From positions 1 through 64,000 of the IMG/VR virus record IMGVR_UViG_3300029286_001586: DNA of 64,000 bases. One strand, 5' to 3'. Positions 20,313-29,276 of this stretch are shown here, piece after piece. This DNA comes from a virus. Position numbers and translations under genes: made by a program. Below the pieces are notes generated by a model. It saw only the letters and a list, made by a program, of their open reading frames with translations. It did no database searches and was not told the origin of the DNA. Numbering within the stretch: the first letter of the stretch is position 1; each line of letters opens with the position of its first letter.

Positions 20313-20786
20313 ATGGAAAAAATAACATCATGTGAATTGTCTGGAGTAAGAAGGGCGATAAACGACCCTGCTGCTGTTACTTATTCTGATGCGAGTTTAT
20401 ATGGATATGTAGGAGATGCTATTTTAGAACTTAGTACAAAATACACATGTCAAGAATTTGAAATAAGTGGCGGTGTTATTAATCCTGCTCCATCATATGC
20501 CGAACAATCTATTCTTGATTTACAGACCAAAATTTGTATCATGAATAGTAATTTATTTTCTTCAAGTCTTAATGGTGGCATTTCTTATTCTGACCCCGTT
20601 AAAAAAATTGATACAACCGGGTTGTCTCAAAACATTAGTGTCGGGATAAATAAAGAAGAACAAAAACTAGAAAAACTCATTAGGTCATTAATGATGGACA
20701 AAGTTGACCCTGTTGGTAAACCTAGTTGGCAATCAAGCACTTCAAATGAAGATGATAGTATAAGTTTAAATATTTTGGAGACATAA
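20313..20786 (+). CDS. Head-tail adaptor
   Basis: VRRAINDP...YSDASL pattern; position after MCP. Confidence 0.6.
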   Translation: MEKITSCELSGVRRAINDPAAVTYSDASLYGYVGDAILELSTKYTCQEFEISGGVINPAPSYAEQSILDLQTKICIMNSNLFSSSLNGGISYSDPVKKIDTTGLSQNISVGINKEEQKLEKLIRSLMMDKVDPVGKPSWQSSTSNEDDSISLNILET

Positions 20787-21256
20787 TGAGCCAGTTACCG
20801 CTTTCTGCTACTCAATGGAATTATATAAAAGGAATAAAGGATGATATTAGAAATTATTCTTTAAATACAAGCTATGTCGTACTTAGAACCAAAACAAGGG
20901 GCGGGTTGGTTTCTGGATTTAATGCTGACATTTGGGACACAAATTATGCGTCAGATAGTATTGTTGATGAAGTCATAAGTGGTGAGTTTTTTGATACGGC
21001 AGGAAAAAATTACCAGTATGTTGAAGGCGGAAGATTTCAAGGTACTGATGCACAGTTTCTAACGCTTTTTAATTATAAAAATTCTTTTCAAAATTGTAAT
21101 GAAGTTTGGAAGAATGTTACATTTAGTGGGGGCTTGATACCAGTATATGTAAGTGGGACAAACAATTTTGTTAGTGGCGATGCTTATCAAGTATTAGGAA
21201 TTCGAGAGCTTCCTTATTCGTACGAGCTGAATTTGTATCTCAAATTAAAAATATAG
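20786..21256 (+). CDS. Head closure (stopper) protein
   Basis: Position and size; 5 SG dipeptides. Confidence 0.5.
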   Translation: MSQLPLSATQWNYIKGIKDDIRNYSLNTSYVVLRTKTRGGLVSGFNADIWDTNYASDSIVDEVISGEFFDTAGKNYQYVEGGRFQGTDAQFLTLFNYKNSFQNCNEVWKNVTFSGGLIPVYVSGTNNFVSGDAYQVLGIRELPYSYELNLYLKLKI

Positions 21257-21287
21257 CCGAAGGCAAGAAAAATAAAGGGGAACCAAA

Positions 21288-22721
21288 ATGACAGCATTTC
21301 AAGATATAAGTTCATTTAATAGTTATTACAATGTTACGAAGAAGCTAGGATTGCCTGGAGATACCGAGGTATTAGCATCTGGGATAGAAAGAATTTGGAC
21401 AAATTCGGTTTTTGCCAAACTTGATATTATAAATTCAGGTATTCAAAATATTGATTTAGCAATAGATGTCACTCTTGCTGGAGCAGTTTGGGCTGATGGC
21501 TTTGAGGTTTCTGGAAGTATGTTAGCAGCAACTGTTCCTTTTATAAGCGGTAAATTATCAACTCTCCAAACTCAAATGGGTGCGAACACTAAATCAATAA
21601 CTGACAAAATAGATGCGGTTGTATTGGGGCAGATTTGGCAAGACGGATTTGAACCTTCAGGAAGTTTGTTAAATGCGTCTATTTCTTCAAGGGCAACACA
21701 AACATCTGTTGATTTAATTTCAGGAATGATTGGAATTCTTCCTGGGGATTTGAATAGCATAAATTTGGCAGATGTTTCTACGATGTCGGGATTTATGGTT
21801 CCTAATATAAAAAGCGATATTTTACAAAATTTTAATTATTTAAGTGGTATGTTAGGAATTCTTCCTACTGAATTTAGTGTTACTTTAGATTTGTCGGGAC
21901 AAACAATTGCAGTAACTTTAGACCCAGAAGGAACATGGGATGATAGGTTCTTACCTAGTGGTTCATTGCTTCCGACAATTGACACGAAGATAGATGTTCT
22001 GTCTGGATTGATTGGTATTTTACCAGGAGACATTTCTGCATTAGCTCTTGAAAATAGTGTTGGTATTGTTTCTGGACTATTAGGAATTATTCCTACTGAT
22101 TTAAGTTCACTATCTTCTCAGTCTTCTCTTGATGATTTGTCTGGAATTGTCGGATTATTGCCAAATGATTTAACGGATATATATGATTTTGTTCAATATG
22201 TTTCAACAGACCCAGCGACAGAATCAGCAGCTACAACTAATTATGAAAACCTTTCGGGAATGATAGGGATATTACCGACAGATAATGCAGCAGTTCAGTC
22301 CTCTTTGGATTTGATATCTGGTCTTGTTTCCGCAATTCCAGCAATAGAAACACCATTGGTTCTTACTAAAGGAACATATTTTAAAACTAAGACAGCATCG
22401 GCAGCCAATTATGGTTCTGGTATATTTGTAGGGCTTTATTCTGGTCTTGCAAATGCAGATATGACAATAAATGCTTTTACTATTTCAGACGCTTCAGCAA
22501 CTATGGGTTCTAACAAAGTTAAAATATTAGATAAAGATGGGATAAGAATATTTCCTTATACAGACGGAGTTTCATATACACCAGGAACAGAAAACGTTCT
22601 TACTGACCAAATAGGTCTTGTATCTGGAATGTCTTATTTCATGCAAGTTTATTGTGAAAGTATTAGTGGTGGAACAGGAACAGCAACGCTTTCTTCGATG
22701 AAAATAATAGAAAGAATTTAA
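21288..22721 (+). CDS. Repeat-containing virion fibre/collar protein
   Basis: Repeats SG[MLI]xG[IL][LI]P and W.D.F..SGS; 19 SG in 477 aa. Confidence 0.55.
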   Translation: MTAFQDISSFNSYYNVTKKLGLPGDTEVLASGIERIWTNSVFAKLDIINSGIQNIDLAIDVTLAGAVWADGFEVSGSMLAATVPFISGKLSTLQTQMGANTKSITDKIDAVVLGQIWQDGFEPSGSLLNASISSRATQTSVDLISGMIGILPGDLNSINLADVSTMSGFMVPNIKSDILQNFNYLSGMLGILPTEFSVTLDLSGQTIAVTLDPEGTWDDRFLPSGSLLPTIDTKIDVLSGLIGILPGDISALALENSVGIVSGLLGIIPTDLSSLSSQSSLDDLSGIVGLLPNDLTDIYDFVQYVSTDPATESAATTNYENLSGMIGILPTDNAAVQSSLDLISGLVSAIPAIETPLVLTKGTYFKTKTASAANYGSGIFVGLYSGLANADMTINAFTISDASATMGSNKVKILDKDGIRIFPYTDGVSYTPGTENVLTDQIGLVSGMSYFMQVYCESISGGTGTATLSSMKIIERI

Positions 22722-22722
22722 T

Positions 22723-23001
22723 ATGTCAGAATTCTATTATAAAGTTCCGACAACAATGACGGGCGGAGAAGATGACCCCGTTGTGCGATTTCTTAAAAAG
22801 TACAACCAAGAAGGGGCAGAGGTCAGGATATCTTACGGTGACGGCGTGGCGGTTGTTCAGATAACTGCCGAGAAAGAACCTGTGATAGAGGATGCAAAAA
22901 CTTGTGAGAAGATTACTGATATTAAAACTTACTCTGATGTGAAGTTACCAGGGTTTAGTGCAACCAACTTTACTGCTGATGCTGTGCGGAAGGACAAATA
23001 A
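22723..23001 (+). CDS. Hypothetical protein
   Basis: ORF in structural operon, higher GC than neighbours. Confidence 0.65.
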   Translation: MSEFYYKVPTTMTGGEDDPVVRFLKKYNQEGAEVRISYGDGVAVVQITAEKEPVIEDAKTCEKITDIKTYSDVKLPGFSATNFTADAVRKDK

Positions 23002-24071
23002 TGGCAACAGTAACAATAGGGCATAGTAAAACATATGATTGGAGTAAAGGCGCATTAGTAAATCTTCAGCATACCAATATCACCACAAATAGTGGGGCGG
23101 ATGGCTGGATGGTTTTGGCTTTTGAAGCGTCTACCACGGAGAAAGCATGGAGTAATTTAACCGATTGGACTGTTTCTGCTAATGGGACGGCAACGGCGAC
23201 ATCTGATGGAACCGAGCTTACCCTTACTAATCCGACAGGTGTTGTGAATATTAGCAAGACATCCTTTTTGGATGCCGATGTTACCCATACTGTATTGAAT
23301 TTAATCAAGTTCGATTCGTATGGGACAACCGCAGCTCAGTGGAACGGTTTCACCTTGTATGGAGGGGACGGAACTCGCAGACGAGCCTACAACTGGCATT
23401 CAGATGGGACATATGAAGACTTATATAATTACAGTCCTCCAGTAGGCGATGCTGTAAAGTATGATACAACATACCCAATAGACACATCTAGATACCATAT
23501 AAGAGGGTATTACAATGCTGATGGTGCTGATGCAGATGTAATGGTAATTGATGGCGAAGAAATTCTCACAGGAATTGACACCTACACATCCAGTTCTGAC
23601 TCCCGTAAGTTGATGTTAGAAAATGGCGGGAATCCTGTAACCGTTAAAGTATTATGGACGAAGCATTGGAACACACCGACACCGTGGGAAACGACGGACG
23701 CAACATGGACTTCAACTTACGACGATGCCATATTTGATGCGGGTTCAGGCAATCAGTGGAAGAAGCTGGACTGGACAGCAGTAACCGCCAACTCAACTGG
23801 TTTAGTTATGAAAGTCAGATGTGCTGCAACTTCAGGAGGACTAAGCTCTGCAACTTATGAAACCGTCACAAGCGGGACAGACTTCACAACAAAAGACCGC
23901 TACATACAGATCGAGTGTACAATGAGCGACGCCTCAAGCGGGCGGTTCACCCCCGTACTGAAGGACTTAACTATGACGGATGAGGAAGGTTCAGGTCCAG
24001 TAACACCGACAGTAAATAAGTCTGGAAATATACTAAGAAAATTTATTAGGATGTGTAGGGCAACTTTATGA
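23001..24071 (+). CDS. Putative virion accessory protein (T/S/W-rich, beta-rich, possibly lectin-like)
   Basis: Composition; C-terminal RYIQ...TPVLKD motif typical of virion beta-sandwiches. Confidence 0.5.
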   Translation: MATVTIGHSKTYDWSKGALVNLQHTNITTNSGADGWMVLAFEASTTEKAWSNLTDWTVSANGTATATSDGTELTLTNPTGVVNISKTSFLDADVTHTVLNLIKFDSYGTTAAQWNGFTLYGGDGTRRRAYNWHSDGTYEDLYNYSPPVGDAVKYDTTYPIDTSRYHIRGYYNADGADADVMVIDGEEILTGIDTYTSSSDSRKLMLENGGNPVTVKVLWTKHWNTPTPWETTDATWTSTYDDAIFDAGSGNQWKKLDWTAVTANSTGLVMKVRCAATSGGLSSATYETVTSGTDFTTKDRYIQIECTMSDASSGRFTPVLKDLTMTDEEGSGPVTPTVNKSGNILRKFIRMCRATL

Positions 24072-25042
24072 GTGCAGAATTTGTATCAACAAACGACCAA
24101 GTAAAACTAATTGATAACTACGGATGGAATGTTGAATGTACTCCTATGGATGAATTAAGAACAGTAGAACCTGTTCGTTTAGTTGGTGCTACATTTGTTG
24201 GAACATCTATTGATTCAAATTTTTGGACTGCAACACTAACATATAGCGGAACTGCTACACAAGCAAATAATCAGATAATTTTAAATAACAACACTACAAT
24301 AACGGGAGGAACTGCGGTTCTTCAATCATTTAGAACAGCAAGATATATTGGAGGTTCCGCAAATAGGTATCGGGCGCAGATACAATTAGGTAATACTGGT
24401 GTGGTTAATAACGTGCGTAAATGGGGAGCATATGATGGGACAGATGGAGCATATTTTAAATTATCAGGAACAGAACTCGCTGTTTGCACTTTAAAAGGAG
24501 GGGTAGAATCTCCCGTAGCTTCGTCTTCTTGGAACAATAATCAAACAATTCCTACGGTGTCTGATGTTAATTCTTATGAAATATATTGGACAAATGCCAA
24601 AGTATATTTTGTTATTGGCGGAGTTTTAAAACACACCGCTTCATTTTTAACTACAACGTGGTCTAATACGACAAATCTTCCAGTACGGATGGAAACAATT
24701 AATACTGATATTAATAGTAATAATACTATTATGGCAAGAGTATCTACTATATATAGATTGGGGCAGTTGAAAACGCTTCCCACATATAAGCACATATCAG
24801 GAGCAGCTTATACTCAATGTAAAAATTCTCAGGGAAGTTTGCATCAAATTGTGATAAATAATCCCGCCACTGGAGACATATCAGTTTATGACAATCTGAG
24901 TGGTTTCTTTTCAAATGTTATAGCGAGAGTGAATTCTGCTAATAATACCCAGCCTTATAATTTATTATTTGATTGCCCGTTTTTTAATGGACTTATGATT
25001 GAATCGTTAGCCAATCAAGACCTAACAATTGTTTATGAGTAA
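24068..25042 (+). CDS. Putative virion protein with ConA/lectin-like core
   Basis: YEIYW...VYFVIGG..KH pattern; beta-rich. Confidence 0.5.
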   Translation: MSAEFVSTNDQVKLIDNYGWNVECTPMDELRTVEPVRLVGATFVGTSIDSNFWTATLTYSGTATQANNQIILNNNTTITGGTAVLQSFRTARYIGGSANRYRAQIQLGNTGVVNNVRKWGAYDGTDGAYFKLSGTELAVCTLKGGVESPVASSSWNNNQTIPTVSDVNSYEIYWTNAKVYFVIGGVLKHTASFLTTTWSNTTNLPVRMETINTDINSNNTIMARVSTIYRLGQLKTLPTYKHISGAAYTQCKNSQGSLHQIVINNPATGDISVYDNLSGFFSNVIARVNSANNTQPYNLLFDCPFFNGLMIESLANQDLTIVYE

Positions 25043-25045
25043 TAT

Positions 25046-25552
25046 ATGGTAAATTCAATTACAGAAGAAGATTATATAAAGAACATGACAAGTTCTTTGA
25101 TAGACTATACCAAATCTGGTGTTGGTACTACAATAACTATTAATAATGTCACTTATAATTTGACATATGATTATAACTTTCCAAAATACACAAAAGATTT
25201 TGAAAATTTATTACCAATCATTATTTTTGACCATATAGGAACTGACCAAGACACTGATTTTGGTCTGGGCAATACAAAGAAATATATGTCAACAATAAGG
25301 ATTTATGGATTTTGTGGAGGGACCAAACCAAATGACGAAAGACATGACGAAGAAATGAGAGTCAAACTTATGTCACTTATAATGAAAAATTTAAGCGACA
25401 AATATGCAATACCGTTTAAGGAGGGTGCAGTAGTAAAAGGCAGGATGGAAACAAAGGCAAGTATCAAAAAACTGGAAGCAACATCTTTGAGTGTAGTCGA
25501 TAGACACCGATGGGTTGCTGACGTTTTTGTAAAAATGGCATACAAGAGATAA
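25046..25552 (+). CDS. Tail terminator/completion protein
   Basis: Position before MTP; LPII...FGLG motif. Confidence 0.55.
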   Translation: MVNSITEEDYIKNMTSSLIDYTKSGVGTTITINNVTYNLTYDYNFPKYTKDFENLLPIIIFDHIGTDQDTDFGLGNTKKYMSTIRIYGFCGGTKPNDERHDEEMRVKLMSLIMKNLSDKYAIPFKEGAVVKGRMETKASIKKLEATSLSVVDRHRWVADVFVKMAYKR

Positions 25553-25567
25553 CAAAGGAGAAATTAA

Positions 25568-27169
25568 ATGGCGAATCTGACATACACTGACTCAATCACG
25601 CTTCCTTCCGATAGATACCAAGTTTATGCTGCAACAAAATTTGGTAGGTTTGTAAATATAGAGGCTTTGCAGAGCGTTGGTATTAATCCAACAAGACCGA
25701 ATGAAGTCAAAGACCAAATAGGAGATGTAAGTCACAGAGGAACGAGCCTTAAACAGCCCATAGTCGCTGTACCACTTAATTCTCTTTTAGTTGATGCAAC
25801 AATGCCACAGCTTTTAAGCGATAAAATGGGATGGGTGAATATAACACCCGCAGACCTGAATGGAACAACGCTTTCTGGTACGTCAAAAGTATATGCTAAA
25901 GTAGTTGCTCCTATTCTTAATTCTGGAGTATATGAAATTAGGGCGATAGCACAGGACAAAGTAAGTATTGCTGTTTCTGGTGGTGCAGTTAAAATTGCAT
26001 CTCTTATCGTAGGTGCTGGCACTGACGCAAAACAAAGTAGCGTCGGAGTTCTTGATAATGGAATTGAAGTCGCTATAACTGATTTGTCTGGACTTCTGAG
26101 AGCAGGAGATACGGCTAAATTCGGAGTGGCTACGATAAACCATTGGGACGCAGAAGTTGATTTTAAACTTGCAAGCGTTGACATGCGGGTAGTTGTGAAA
26201 GACGGTATTGGAAACATACACAAAACTTTCTATCTTCCCGATATGGCTGCTATGAATCTAAATCAGAGCTTTACTGCTGACGGTGATGCGACTGAAGCTG
26301 TTGATTTTGAGACCGAGATATTCCAGCAATATGACGGATATCTTCTAAAGAGACAGGTTGTAGTCGGAACTGCAATGGCTGCTGCGAAACAGATAACATT
26401 TGATAATATATTTCCTAGTGAGTCTGGTATTGTAACTCCACAAGTTCACAAAACAGGTTCTCCTTATGCAGGAAAATATTTTACGAGAATAACAAAGACT
26501 TCAAGTGCTAATGTTGATACGGTTTATACCGAGCAGTCTGGGCTTCAGGCAACTGCTGCTGCAACTGTAAAAGTAGATGCTCCTACAAAGAAACTTGATT
26601 TCGATGCTCTTGCTGTTGGTGACAGGATTGAACTTACATTCTTTTCTATGAAGTCGGGTTCAGCCACAGAAACATTCAATGAAACATTTCTTGATAATCC
26701 TATTTCAGTACCAGGTGATTATATCCCTGTATCAATAGGAGCCAATGCTTATGACAGGGCAACTGCACTTTCAATAAGTACGGCGTTTAAGAGAGAAAGA
26801 AAACCGTATCTGGGTCAGACTGATGTTAAATATTCTCTTGGAAAAACTCCAGACATAACTGGTTCTGTTTCGGCGAGCGATGAAGACCTAGCACTTATAA
26901 GACTGCTTTCTAAAGGTTCTACGACCGACGGTGGCGTTGAATACTATGTAAAAGAAACAGGCGATTACACGAACATGAGCGGAGTAAATCTCCAGCTTGT
27001 TGCCAATGTAAAAAGTCCTGCCGATAATACAACGACTGTTGTAAAGTACACCATACCTACGATAGTAGTAACTGGATTTGACCAGAGTATAAGCGTTAGT
27101 GCTGACACGACTAGGAATTTCAACTGGATAAATAAATACGGAACCATGGACATCGACCGTAATCTTTGA
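25568..27169 (+). CDS. Major tail (tube) protein, large, possibly with duplicated tube domains
   Basis: 533 aa, strong SD, followed by terminator and chaperone genes. Confidence 0.65.
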   Translation: MANLTYTDSITLPSDRYQVYAATKFGRFVNIEALQSVGINPTRPNEVKDQIGDVSHRGTSLKQPIVAVPLNSLLVDATMPQLLSDKMGWVNITPADLNGTTLSGTSKVYAKVVAPILNSGVYEIRAIAQDKVSIAVSGGAVKIASLIVGAGTDAKQSSVGVLDNGIEVAITDLSGLLRAGDTAKFGVATINHWDAEVDFKLASVDMRVVVKDGIGNIHKTFYLPDMAAMNLNQSFTADGDATEAVDFETEIFQQYDGYLLKRQVVVGTAMAAAKQITFDNIFPSESGIVTPQVHKTGSPYAGKYFTRITKTSSANVDTVYTEQSGLQATAAATVKVDAPTKKLDFDALAVGDRIELTFFSMKSGSATETFNETFLDNPISVPGDYIPVSIGANAYDRATALSISTAFKRERKPYLGQTDVKYSLGKTPDITGSVSASDEDLALIRLLSKGSTTDGGVEYYVKETGDYTNMSGVNLQLVANVKSPADNTTTVVKYTIPTIVVTGFDQSISVSADTTRNFNWINKYGTMDIDRNL

Positions 27170-27183
27170 TGATATAGCTTCTT

Positions 27184-27207
27184 GGGGCTGAGCTTTTAAT
27201 CAGCCCC
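27184..27207 (+). terminator. Hairpin after major tail gene
   Basis: GGGGCTGA-N8-TCAGCCCC. Confidence 0.6.
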
Positions 27208-27266
27208 TATTGACCCCTCTTTAGGAACAGGTTGGACACGGAAAAGGACAGGAAAGGATTATTTAT

Positions 27267-27692
27267 ATGAAAGAATCACTTTTAGACTCGATTGTATATA
27301 GAAACATGTTCGACATAACGGAGCTTTTGCTCGACCTTTGTAATATAAACATAGGTAATGCGGAAAAAAGGAATAGAATAAAACAAGCGTTCTTGATGAT
27401 AACCCGCAGACAGAAAAACAGAGTTATTACAGGTTTCCTTCAAATAAACAATACAAAAAGATTAGATTTTCTTACAGGCTGTTTTAGAGAAAATACAGAC
27501 CTACTTAAAAAACGAGTAGCCATAATAGAAGATTTGAGTGAAGATTTGAGAACCAAAATTTGCGAGGAGACAGATAAATACACAAACGAAGTAATCGCTA
27601 AAGTTGAAAGTATATGGAAAGAAAAAGGATTGGATTTGCTGACCGAAACACAAATGAAAGAAGAAATTTCGTGTTGGAAATCCTGGAAATAG
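27267..27692 (+). CDS. Hypothetical protein
   Basis: ORF with SD between MTP and chaperone. Confidence 0.6.
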   Translation: MKESLLDSIVYRNMFDITELLLDLCNINIGNAEKRNRIKQAFLMITRRQKNRVITGFLQINNTKRLDFLTGCFRENTDLLKKRVAIIEDLSEDLRTKICEETDKYTNEVIAKVESIWKEKGLDLLTETQMKEEISCWKSWK

Positions 27693-27707
27693 GAAAAGGA
27701 GAAGAAA

Positions 27708-28346
27708 ATGTTTAAGAAAGCCGAAAAGTTCAATTTTGAAATCATGCTCAATGGCAAGTATGATGCCGAAGGAAAAGCAGCCGTAACAAAGATATGCTTT
27801 ATTCCAAAGAGCATTAGGGTGGAGACTAATGAAAAAGAAACATACCAAAAAGAAGTAGAGAAGATACTTCCAGAAGAAAGAACCAAGATAAACAAGATGT
27901 TTTATGATGCTATTTTGGTTCTACCACAAGAAGATATCATAGCTACATATATAGCTGAGAACGAAAATAAATATGTAGAAATAGCTCGTTCTTCTGTTAT
28001 TGCTGATGGAAAAACTGATGATGAATTTAAACAAGCAATCAAAATGAAAGTTGATAAAATAAAGGAATCAGAAAAAGAAAAACTCGCTGGTAAAGATGTT
28101 ATTAAGCTCGTAGCAGAAATAGCAGACAGGCGCACAGATTTATATACTATGACTAAAGCAATAACAAAAACTTTGCTTTATGTATTTAGCGAGTGCATTA
28201 GATATCAGGACGATACCAGTAAAAAAGTATTTAAAAATGCAGATGATGTTGAGGATTCGATAACAGAGAACGATATGACCATGCTCATAGACAAGTGGAG
28301 AGAATTTCGTGAGGGTATGGAAGAAGCTGACGCAAAAAACTCGTAA
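27708..28346 (+). CDS. Tail assembly chaperone (G-like)
   Basis: Ends ...AKNS on slippery heptamer A AAA AAC. Confidence 0.7.
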   Translation: MFKKAEKFNFEIMLNGKYDAEGKAAVTKICFIPKSIRVETNEKETYQKEVEKILPEERTKINKMFYDAILVLPQEDIIATYIAENENKYVEIARSSVIADGKTDDEFKQAIKMKVDKIKESEKEKLAGKDVIKLVAEIADRRTDLYTMTKAITKTLLYVFSECIRYQDDTSKKVFKNADDVEDSITENDMTMLIDKWREFREGMEEADAKNS

Positions 28347-28639
28347 GGGAGTCTGGTTATGTTAGACAGGCTGAATTGTATGCACAAAGATATGGGATTG
28401 GACTTCAAGAACTGTTCTTTGGCAACGATTGGATTCCCGACGGCGAAATCGATGCTTTTTTCGTCCACATGGCGTATTGGTATAGGTACGCCGAATATGT
28501 TTCTGAACAAATGTCGTATAATGATATTGATGAGCTTGATGAAGATGTTAAATGGAATCCCGTTCAGTTCAACGCACTTATAGAGAAGATAAAGAAGCAA
28601 AAAGAGCAGGAAAAGAAACGTAAAAGTAAGAAAAAATGA
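28334..28639 (+). CDS. -1 frameshift extension of the tail chaperone (GT-like)
   Basis: The -1 frame from AAAAAAC (28334-28340) is open: LVRESGYVRQAELYAQRYG... to TGA 28639. Confidence 0.75.
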   Translation, partial: KKLVRESGYVRQAELYAQRYGIGLQELFFGNDWIPDGEIDAFFVHMAYWYRYAEYVSEQMSYNDIDELDEDVKWNPVQFNALIEKIKKQKEQEKKRKSKKK

Positions 28640-29274
28640 CGACACATTTTGAATTAGTAGCAACACCACAATGGGCTAAACGCTTTCAATTACTAAAAGA
28701 TAGTATAAAAGTTCGTTTAGCCGATAAAGCAACAAACGCTGTTCAAATGGCTTTAGATACTGCTGCGGGTGCTGCTCCTGAATTTAATGAAGGTGAATAC
28801 GATACTCGTATGTGGAAATGGATTTTTGAAAATAATCCAAATTACAAACCCAAAGCTGGTGCGATTAAAGGCGCACTGGTTTTTGATAGTACAAAAGACA
28901 GAAAGTATAATGCAGTTGAAGGATATATTGTAGGATATGGAAACATATCAAGATTGAATGAAGCCACTGATGGTTTCGGTGATTTTATTTATATTGGTGG
29001 TCCTCATGCAAATCAACCCGAAAAATGGGCGAGGAATATGGTAAGACCAAATCCAAATCATGGTATGGCATACCCTGGGGGGGTATTCCAGCCCAAGTCA
29101 TTATTTGATTATGGGTTTTGGTATGCAATGGAATATGGTATGCAAGGAAAAAAACACACAGTAACACCAAGAAATTTTATGGGAAAAGGCACTCAAATAA
29201 TTACAAAATTTTGGGAAATGTATATTAAAAAAGATGCTCTTAAATTAATAGCTAAAGACTGGAACGGAGTATAG
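28636..29274 (+). CDS. HK97 gp10-like neck/tail completion protein
   Basis: WYAMEYG...PRNFM C-terminal motif. Confidence 0.5.
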   Translation: MTTHFELVATPQWAKRFQLLKDSIKVRLADKATNAVQMALDTAAGAAPEFNEGEYDTRMWKWIFENNPNYKPKAGAIKGALVFDSTKDRKYNAVEGYIVGYGNISRLNEATDGFGDFIYIGGPHANQPEKWARNMVRPNPNHGMAYPGGVFQPKSLFDYGFWYAMEYGMQGKKHTVTPRNFMGKGTQIITKFWEMYIKKDALKLIAKDWNGV

Positions 29275-29276
29275 AA

